64,000 nt of DNA from Nitrososphaeria archaeon. GTDB lineage: Archaea > Thermoproteota > Nitrososphaeria > JACIWG01. The DNA lies in contig JBEKIG010000006.1 of the NCBI GenBank assembly GCA_050011875.1, positions 32,001 to 96,000 on the forward strand, written 5' to 3'. The notes under the pieces were generated by a model. It did no database searches. It was not told where the DNA came from and saw nothing but the letters and a program-made list of their open reading frames with translations. Shown piece after piece: positions 41,659 through 49,410 of this stretch. A program made the translations under genes and the position numbers. Position 1 is the stretch's first letter. Every line of letters begins with the position of its first letter.

Positions 41659-42243
41659 ATGACTGAACAACCCAAGCCGGACACTTCAAAAGTGGAAAAA
41701 GTAGAAGTAGATAAGTGGAACGAGGAGACTAAAAAGGGTCTCAGGAACCTGCAGGTAGCCATAGAAAACCTGGCGGACAGCAAGCACGAGAAGCTTGAAG
41801 CCAACGCCGCAAGAACCTTCAAAGAACTTCGATGGATGATTTGGATAACGTTCGCCTTCGGACTTGGATTAGTATTAACTTCCGTTGTGTTCTTTGTTGC
41901 GGGCAAAGGGACCTTATCTGTGCTCGGCCTCGGCAGCTTGGGGGTAGCGGATTGGTTAGCCCTATTCTTCTACAAGCCGATGGACCGATTGCAAGAAGCC
42001 GACAAGGATTACCTCCAACAAATGATAGTCGTAAAGGGCTGGGCACTGTCAATCAGTCTGGAGATGCTCGCCATGAAAGTCGATAATTATCAAAGCATGA
42101 TCGCCGCCTCGAAGAACATCCGATCTGCGACCTACTTTGCTGTTTGTTCGCTTAATGAATTCGTTTTGCCAACTCAGCCTCCTCAGGAAGGAGAGAGCAG
42201 TACGCAACCAACCCAGACGACACCTCCTAGCAAAAAGCTCTGA
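41659..42243 (+). CDS. Hypothetical two-TM membrane protein
   Basis: Helical N-terminus, two adjacent hydrophobic helices and a low-complexity tail. Confidence 0.7.
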   Translation: MTEQPKPDTSKVEKVEVDKWNEETKKGLRNLQVAIENLADSKHEKLEANAARTFKELRWMIWITFAFGLGLVLTSVVFFVAGKGTLSVLGLGSLGVADWLALFFYKPMDRLQEADKDYLQQMIVVKGWALSISLEMLAMKVDNYQSMIAASKNIRSATYFAVCSLNEFVLPTQPPQEGESSTQPTQTTPPSKKL

Positions 42244-42512
42244 CTGGTTGATCCACATAGACATCTGTTGATAGCGGGATTGGTGGGATTAATGATCATA
42301 TCGGTCTAATTTTGGGATTCAAATTAGAACCACAAATAAGTTATTGAGTTGACTCCCAGAACGAAAGTCGCCTGCTTATTTTCTGCGAATCTTCCTCATT
42401 TATAGACTGCGTAATATGATGTCGTAAAAAAGTAACCTATTAATCCGCAAAACATTTCTAGTATTGTCTATTAATGGCCATATTGTACCAGCTGTCTGGG
42501 GATGAGTCGAAT

Positions 42513-43010
42513 ATGGATTTTTTTGAAGTGGTAGAGAGAAGGAGAAGTATACGAAAGTTCAAGCCTGAGCCGATATCAACAACCGATCTGAAAAAGATTC
42601 TGGAAGCCGCACGCCTGGCGCCTTCAGGCAGTAACCGCCAAGCGTGGTCTTTTATAGTGATAAGGGACTTGGAGACAAAGAAGCTAATATCCGTCGCTGC
42701 CAACAATCAAACCTTCATCGCCGACGCGGACACAATAATCGTAGCGCTAGCTAGATTACCGCACAGAAAAGATCCAATGATAGCCGTAGAGCACATGGTT
42801 CTGGCTGCGACAGCGCTCGGCTATGGAACATGTTGGATTGGGGCATTCGATGAGAGAAAGGTTAAGGATATTTTGAAAGTTCCTGAAGGCTGGGAAGTCA
42901 TCGCCCTTCTTCCTGTCGGTGTTCCTGACGAGACTCCATTTGCCACACAAAGAAAAGCGTTCTCAGAAGTTTTTTTCAAAGAATCTTATGGGGTTCCATT
43001 AAAACTGTAA
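42513..43010 (+). CDS. Nitroreductase family protein
   Basis: RRSIRKF, APSGSNRQ and LGYGTCWIGAF motifs. Likely start MDFFE (42513). Confidence 0.93.
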   Translation: MDFFEVVERRRSIRKFKPEPISTTDLKKILEAARLAPSGSNRQAWSFIVIRDLETKKLISVAANNQTFIADADTIIVALARLPHRKDPMIAVEHMVLAATALGYGTCWIGAFDERKVKDILKVPEGWEVIALLPVGVPDETPFATQRKAFSEVFFKESYGVPLKL

Positions 43011-43047
43011 CTAGTACGTATTATTAGAACTGTAACTGGTATGTATT
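43003..43047. repeat. Imperfect 20-bp tandem repeat covering the nitroreductase stop codon
   Basis: AACTGTAACTAGTACGTATT (43003-43022) and AACTGTAACTGGTATGTATT (43028-43047), two mismatches. Confidence 0.75.
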
Positions 43048-43191
43048 TTTTCCATCTCGAAGATCTTTACCCACAGCGATGAGACTTTTAGAAAAAGAAC
43101 CTTTTCCAGCGATAATTATCAGGATGCTTGAAACTATTATTACGACTGTTCTAAATATAGAACTATAATCTAGCGTCTCAATATTTGGTGC

Positions 43192-43839
43192 ATGAGCAAA
43201 AGCAGGGTAGGTTTCCTTTTAGCACTAGTCTTAGTTGTTATTGTAGTAGCCACGGCGATCATTGCCACAGATTTATTTCTGTCTAACATGCATGTCTCCG
43301 TACCACCCCAGCCTACTGCCGCGTCCTCCTTCGACAGTGTAAACGGATTGAACCTCACACTTTCTTTGAGCTCGGTTTCCATCCAACATGGGCAGGTCGT
43401 CGATATAGTAACAGATCTGACCAACACGCTGGACCACAACCAGACCCTGACAGAAGTCAACCGTTGGCCTTCAGCTCCAGGGCTGAGTTTAACACCCTGC
43501 CCAAACGTACAGTATCCCTTGGGGGTTGCGATCTACCGGGGACACTTTACGAACCAGAACATCTCTACTGCAACTTCTCTCTGGATGTTTGGACCTGCAT
43601 CCTGTCCCCTTTACGTTATGGCCGTAGACGGGTACCGGTTCTTGCCCAACAGTAATCTCGCGTTCCCCATGTTCCAAAATAGCACATCCACAAGTCAGCC
43701 TATGCGGATGGGCGCCGATTTCAACCTGAGTGGTCACTACGTCAACGGAACCTTGAAGGTCTTTCCTGCCGGCGAATATACAGTGGTCTCAGGCACCATG
43801 TGGGGAGACATCGCAGTACTTCACTTCACGGTGATTTAG
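43192..43839 (+). CDS. Membrane-anchored/secreted hypothetical protein, beta-sandwich-like
   Basis: N-terminal signal anchor, several N-x-S/T sequons, one Cys pair and a GEYTVV...WG tail. Confidence 0.75.
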   Translation: MSKSRVGFLLALVLVVIVVATAIIATDLFLSNMHVSVPPQPTAASSFDSVNGLNLTLSLSSVSIQHGQVVDIVTDLTNTLDHNQTLTEVNRWPSAPGLSLTPCPNVQYPLGVAIYRGHFTNQNISTATSLWMFGPASCPLYVMAVDGYRFLPNSNLAFPMFQNSTSTSQPMRMGADFNLSGHYVNGTLKVFPAGEYTVVSGTMWGDIAVLHFTVI

Positions 43840-44062
43840 AGGAAATTCAGGAGTCTACACCCTCTTTTGAGATGCATAATTTTTTATCCCTTTTAAAAGA
43901 TCGATTGACTTATGTAGTGATGGTTAATTTAGGAAGTTGTAAGATTAACTTCGACATGCTTCCATTCTCTTCTGTTCTGATAGCTCTTTGGGAGATATCC
44001 TCTGAATTATCCTGATGCCATTCTTTCTTCTTTTAAAGGCCACTATTCCATGTTTTCTTTTC

Positions 44063-45070
44063 CTATGTTTTCTTACCTATTTTAATTCCGTTTAATCTCG
44101 AGCAGATCTCACATCTCCCCTTCAGAGGTTCACCAGAAGCTATCCTCAGTACGATCTTTGATAACAATTCATCTGCTAACTTTTTTGTATCATAATACTT
44201 CGACTCTACTTTAATCCTCTCATCAATCATCTCATTCAACTTCGCATCAGTTCTCAGCTTATCTAAGAAGCTTCGAACCTCTTCCCCGTACCCTTTGGCA
44301 GAAATCTCTTTATTGCCTAAGGAATCGTAGACAGGACTTGAAGTGTCGATCGCCCTATCTAATCCTTCGAACTTGTATCCCCTGAGCCTGTTCTCGATTG
44401 CTACATAAACTAGTTCTGCAGAGCCTTCAAGTGCATCCTTTGGAACCTTAAGTTCATCAAACCTTTCTCTTATCCGGTGCTCGATTTCTTCTTTTAGGAG
44501 TTTTTCCTTCTGCTTCCTTTCGGCCGTAAGTGATATTGCTTCTTCAACCTTCTCCTTTTCCATAGGATATGCTTGTAGATGTGACATAACATGCGGTTTA
44601 GTCTGCGACATATAACGTAAGCTGAATTGCAATTCGGATGATCTTACAACCTTCAAATCGGTTGTTACTGCAGACTTCATATAAGTTGTTTCTGTCACAG
44701 GCTGGCCCTCTGGTTTCATAACATAGTCTCTTAGGATATTGGGGGAAATGAATTCTTCAAGTATTCCGCCGTAATCATGGGATAGGGATATGAATCCCGC
44801 CACCAAGTTTTTGCTGTGTTCTAGCAAGGCTTGATACTTCTCACCTGTAGCGAACGGTTCAACTGATTCGAACCACTTATAGACCCCTCTTTCCTTCTTT
44901 ACGAGAACCCCTGATTCAACAAGGGTTTTTAGACATCTTTCAATAGTTCTTTTAAGGCCTTTTTTTCCTTTGATCTCTTTTGAAAGAATATCTACTAACT
45001 CGTCATGCTTCATTTCCCCGCGCGTTCTCAGATTACCGATGATCAATTTAATTGCTTCTTCCCATTTCAT
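44063..45070 (-). CDS. Hypothetical protein with N-terminal winged helix and C-terminal CxxC
   Basis: TIERCLKTLVESGVLVKKERGVY (wHTH) and LKGRCEIC near the C-terminus. Confidence 0.75.
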   Translation of the reverse strand: MKWEEAIKLIIGNLRTRGEMKHDELVDILSKEIKGKKGLKRTIERCLKTLVESGVLVKKERGVYKWFESVEPFATGEKYQALLEHSKNLVAGFISLSHDYGGILEEFISPNILRDYVMKPEGQPVTETTYMKSAVTTDLKVVRSSELQFSLRYMSQTKPHVMSHLQAYPMEKEKVEEAISLTAERKQKEKLLKEEIEHRIRERFDELKVPKDALEGSAELVYVAIENRLRGYKFEGLDRAIDTSSPVYDSLGNKEISAKGYGEEVRSFLDKLRTDAKLNEMIDERIKVESKYYDTKKLADELLSKIVLRIASGEPLKGRCEICSRLNGIKIGKKT

Positions 45071-45194
45071 TTGTCGCTACCGTATACTGTAAATTGGAAC
45101 TTTGTTAATAAAATTTTCGCATCAGAACTTAAAGCGACAAAAATCAAGCGACAAAAGTTTAAAAAGGTGGCCATAAATCCAGAAGTGATATTAA

Positions 45195-46247
45195 ATGATA
45201 AAAATAAAAAATAAGAATCCGGTGTCCGGACAGAACACCGGAAAGGAGGACATTAGTGAAGATAATCCTGGCTCAGAGAAGCAGAGCGGGGCATCCGAGC
45301 TAGATGTCGCACAATTGAAGCGTCTTCTGAAAGAAGGAAAGTTACCATCAGGAAGAAGTCCTGAGGAACATCAGCAGTTCTTTGAAGAATTGCGTAGATC
45401 TGCTGAAGTTCTCGGACACTTACATCCAGTCCTAAGGACGCAATTTGGCATAGCTGCAGGTAGTTCACGGCTTGAAGCTGATCCCAACTGGCCTGTAAGG
45501 GACGTCCCAGTAAAAAACCCTTACAATTATTACCGATTGATGGCAGGTGATAATCAACGGGAAGAAAAGACAAACGAATGGTGGAAAGCGGTCATAATAC
45601 TAGCGGCTAACGAACTTGTGGAAAGGGGCATTCCAAAGGGCGAGATATCGAAAAAGTTGTATAAAGACTTCCCAATTGGAAGGGCCAGACTGTTAAGGCT
45701 ACTTCCCGCGGAGTTCAAGGATTTGCATCAATCAAATGCGGCTCAGGCTTCAGCGCAAAAGAGACAGGCAGAGGCTTACAGGAAACTTATGGAAAGGGAA
45801 AAGTTCGAAAAGGAAAGAAGACGGAAGGAGGAGGAAAGGGAAGCGGCGATGGCTATGGGGAAATTCGTCCGCTACAGTGACAGATTTCCTTCAGATGTTT
45901 CAGATGTAAGGGTGTCCATAGAAGAAACAACTCCAACGGAAACCGAGAATATGATAGTGTCTGAGCTTGTAAATGTTGGGATCAGGTACATACCATCGGC
46001 GGTTTTTCCATATAGAGACAAATCACAGGAGGAGACAGCTCCCCATAAGGTGTATGTGATCCCCATATACATTGAAAGAGGTAAACATGCCATAGGTTTG
46101 GATGTCGAAGGAAGTCCTGCATCCAAAGATGAAGAAGCCCGTTCAAAATATTTCAAGAAACGCGGCATCAGCTTGGTATGGATCCCTAAAGAATTTGCCG
46201 TAAAATATTCAGATATCTTGGCGCAAATCATTAGGGCGTTGATCTAA
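45195..46247 (+). CDS. ParB/Srx-like N-terminal domain + HTH + degenerate DUF559/Vsr-like C-terminal domain
   Basis: EELRRSAEVLGHLHPVL...IAAGSSRLEA...DNQRE (ParB-N pattern). TPTETENMIV...GLDVEG...RSKYFKKRGISLVWIP (DUF559-like pattern). Confidence 0.65.
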   Translation: MIKIKNKNPVSGQNTGKEDISEDNPGSEKQSGASELDVAQLKRLLKEGKLPSGRSPEEHQQFFEELRRSAEVLGHLHPVLRTQFGIAAGSSRLEADPNWPVRDVPVKNPYNYYRLMAGDNQREEKTNEWWKAVIILAANELVERGIPKGEISKKLYKDFPIGRARLLRLLPAEFKDLHQSNAAQASAQKRQAEAYRKLMEREKFEKERRRKEEEREAAMAMGKFVRYSDRFPSDVSDVRVSIEETTPTETENMIVSELVNVGIRYIPSAVFPYRDKSQEETAPHKVYVIPIYIERGKHAIGLDVEGSPASKDEEARSKYFKKRGISLVWIPKEFAVKYSDILAQIIRALI

Positions 46248-46349
46248 AATGGTGGAATTTTTAAAGCCATAATGTGATAAGGTAGATAAACTCGTAGCAC
46301 TTCATCCAGTTATAAGAATGCACGAAATTGCTGCAGGAGAAATTAGGCT

Positions 46350-46538
46350 TCAAGCGTTTTCTTCTATGTGTTCAGTTTCTTCAACATTTTCTTCAAATTC
46401 GTCGGAATTTTCTGTCTCAGTTTCTTCGTCCTCTTCTGTGTCTTCCATATCTTTTTCCCAATTTTCTTCTTCCTGTTTTTCAGATTTACTATTTTTTTTC
46501 ACAGGTTTTTTGCTGTCTTTAACCTCTGCATTAGGCAT
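46350..46538 (-). CDS. Small disordered protein with basic N-terminus and highly acidic C-terminus
   Basis: 62 aa, K-rich then E/D-rich. CTTTAAATA box upstream on the minus strand. Confidence 0.55.
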   Translation of the reverse strand: MPNAEVKDSKKPVKKNSKSEKQEEENWEKDMEDTEEDEETETENSDEFEENVEETEHIEENA

Positions 46539-47020
46539 AAGATCGCAATTAAGCGGTTTATTGTTTTATTTAAAGTTAATTTTAAAAAGAAAGCTGTTAC
46601 TGGTTTCTTGCTCGCAGTTAAACCGCATAAGAATCTCTATTTAACTGGTGAATAAGGGCTCCTTTATATAGGGGGACCACTATTAGAAATCGATAGATAT
46701 GTGCCTTAACGGAACTTACATTAAAGAAGAATACCTGAACGGGAGCATAGGCTATCAGCGTCGACTTAGAAGCTATAGGAACGGATAGCGAGCCTTAATT
46801 TTTGTCCACGAAGTTAATGAGAGCCAAAAGTTGTTATGACTTTTTGCTAATCTGTTTTTAATTTTTTTTATGGATAAATCGTTACCTGATCTTTATGAGC
46901 ATGTTATCTAATGATTGTTCATTATATATTATATGATAGCGTTGGGAAGAGAAAAGGACGACTTTATAGGTAGTAAACAATTTCAGATACTACTTCATAT
47001 ATTAGGAAACATTTGAAAAG

Positions 47021-47539
47021 TTAGGGAATGTTTCTAGATGTAACATTTACGATTTCAGCGAAGTAGCACGTGTGATAGTCTCCTTTGTCGTAGAATCTTT
47101 TTTTCATATCACTTGGAATATCCTTTTTAACAATCCTTTTCTTGAACATAACTTTACATTCCAACGTGACGAGACAATCGGATAAGGTTGGGCTCTTCAC
47201 CGCTTTCGAAGGCTGAACCTTAAGGCCGAGCTTTTTAATTTTATCAACTTTTCTTCCTGTCTCAGTGCCGCAAAAGTCTATGACCTTTTTAAATCCTTCA
47301 GGAGGAACGTTTACCGTAAAATCGCCGGATTGCTCGATCAGTTCATATGTATACCTCGACTTCCTTATGAAGGCGATAAAGAAAGGCTTCGACCAGAGTA
47401 CCCCTACTTCGCCCCACCCGATCGTCATGACGTTGCTTTTTCCGTCTGCTCCGGATGATGCGACCAGTAGGCCTTCTTTTGCAAGAGTGGTATTGATCAA
47501 AGATGAAAATTTATAAACATTTGAGAGATTTGATGGCAT
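47021..47539 (-). CDS. Flavin reductase-like FMN-binding protein (flavoredoxin-like)
   Basis: NVMTIGWG, SRYTYE, DFTVNVP, CGTETGRKVDK and GDYH motifs. Confidence 0.9.
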   Translation of the reverse strand: MPSNLSNVYKFSSLINTTLAKEGLLVASSGADGKSNVMTIGWGEVGVLWSKPFFIAFIRKSRYTYELIEQSGDFTVNVPPEGFKKVIDFCGTETGRKVDKIKKLGLKVQPSKAVKSPTLSDCLVTLECKVMFKKRIVKKDIPSDMKKRFYDKGDYHTCYFAEIVNVTSRNIP

Positions 47540-48058
47540 ATTAAATTTTTTAGCGAGTTATCATAATAAAGGTTTCTTTAAAAGAAGATATGTGCAAAGC
47601 GTTTGATAGGACCCAGATAGGGAAAGGGGGTAAATGCAAAGCGGTGACGTTTACCTTTTTGGTTGATTGACTGTTTTTTTATCATTGTTGTTCGGCTCAA
47701 ACGGAAAATCGGCAAAAAAGTTTGCGCAAACGCTTTTTGTCGGCTCAAATTAATATCGTCATGCATGAGAGCAACATATGAATAAATAATGCACAGGGGG
47801 ATTTGCTTGAGCATATCAGCAGAACTTTAGCGTTAATTGTGCATGATATTTTTTGTTTGAGCCGGAATTATCCAAGGTTATCAAATGATATTATAAAACG
47901 ATATTTTATAATTATAACATTAACCAATTTGGTATAATAATTATGATGTCATTGAATTCAGGGAACCTTGGGATGAACTCAGGTTTCGCTAGGCCCCTAA
48001 GGTCTAACCAGACTCTCTGAGCTTCTTTACCTTCTTTCTGACCCAACCAATCAGGGTA

Positions 48059-48940
48059 TCAGATAAGTTTTCCTTTTGCTATCATAGTTACTTTACCACC
48101 AACATTAACGTCTATCCACTTTTTTTTATCTTCAGCTTTAATGAGAAGCAGAGAAGGCCTTCCTATTTCATAACCTTGTTCCACTCGGATATTTATCCGA
48201 TCTTTACTAAAATATTTGTATTTAACTAAATATCCAGCCAGACAGCCATTTGCACTACCGGTAGCCGGATCCTCATGTACGCCATAATAATCAGCAAAAA
48301 ATCGTGCACTAAGATTATTTTTTTTCTTGCGGGTTTCTGAACAAAAAATTAGTATACCTTTTGCCGATAAATTTTCTATCAAATCGAAGTATTTCTGCAT
48401 ATCAATTTTAGCTCTTTTTAAAGCGTCCAAAGATCTTAATGGAACTATTATTGAAGGAAGACCAGTGGAAACTTCTTGGATAGGAAACCTATCATCTAAA
48501 TCAGCCTTATTAAGGGATAAAACTTCTGACAAAGATTCTGCCTCTAAAATACGCCCAAATGTAGGTTGTGGTTGTTTCATCCAAAGAATATCTTTTTCAT
48601 GGCTCAGCCGACCAAATGTCACAGTAATTTTTCCCGCTTTCAAATTTAAGATAATGTTGTTGACATCCGATTTAATAATTTCTTGTCTTATCACGTAGGC
48701 TGTACCAAGAGTCGGGTGGCCCGCAAAAGGGGCCTCTTTTTCTGGTGTAAAGATACGAACATTATATCCGGCATCTTTTTTTCTACTTGAAAATATAAAT
48801 GTCGTCTCAGAATAATGCATTTCTTGGGCAATTTTCTGCATTTCAGTACCATTGAGTGTTTTTGAACTAATAACAACTGCCAATTGGTTGCCTGAATACT
48901 TTGTTACAGCAAAAACATCTAGTATATAGAAGTTTAGCAT
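48059..48940 (-). CDS. PhzF family epimerase/isomerase
   Basis: DVF...GNQLAV, SETTF, RIFTP..E.PFAGHPTLG and EDPATGSA motifs. Confidence 0.95.
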   Translation of the reverse strand: MLNFYILDVFAVTKYSGNQLAVVISSKTLNGTEMQKIAQEMHYSETTFIFSSRKKDAGYNVRIFTPEKEAPFAGHPTLGTAYVIRQEIIKSDVNNIILNLKAGKITVTFGRLSHEKDILWMKQPQPTFGRILEAESLSEVLSLNKADLDDRFPIQEVSTGLPSIIVPLRSLDALKRAKIDMQKYFDLIENLSAKGILIFCSETRKKKNNLSARFFADYYGVHEDPATGSANGCLAGYLVKYKYFSKDRINIRVEQGYEIGRPSLLLIKAEDKKKWIDVNVGGKVTMIAKGKLI

Positions 48941-49250
48941 CTATATTGCTAATATTATCTTGAAGATATAAAGCTAATATTATGTAAAGTTTATGCGTAT
49001 GACAACACTTGAATCCCTCATAAAAATATGATAATTTAAGACATCAGAAAGAACAAAAAAATCAGACAGAAACTTCCCATCAGTCTAAACGCGTCCAGAA
49101 GCGACTGCGGAATTCGTTTGAGATGCACTATTCTTAAGGAAGAAAGAATGCCTATCCAAATAATTTATTTCTAATATCATATGTATAATAGAAATGGGCT
49201 GGCTCTGGGCGAAAGTCTGATCGAAGGTGCAGGGGGTGAGATTTCAGCAG

Positions 49251-49268
49251 TAATTTACCGGTAAATTA
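49251..49268. promoter_or_regulatory. Perfect 18-bp palindrome TAATTTACCGGTAAATTA, candidate operator
   Basis: Self-complementary sequence about 140 bp upstream of the NTPase gene, in the divergent intergenic region. Confidence 0.5.
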
Positions 49269-49410
49269 TTAGGAGAACCACTAGGTTCAAGTTTGGTGTG
49301 TTCTATACCTAAATTGATTTAAGTTTTTGAGATTCTATAATGTCCCGAATTGAATAAGGTTCTCTGAAAAAATAAAGTTTAAATTTGCCCTCTTTCTAAA
49401 CAAAGCTAAA

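Noticed and set aside
46318-46655. Ser-rich and Phe-rich plus-strand ORFs
   Set aside because: Reverse-complement echoes of the GAA-rich acidic ORF on the minus strand.
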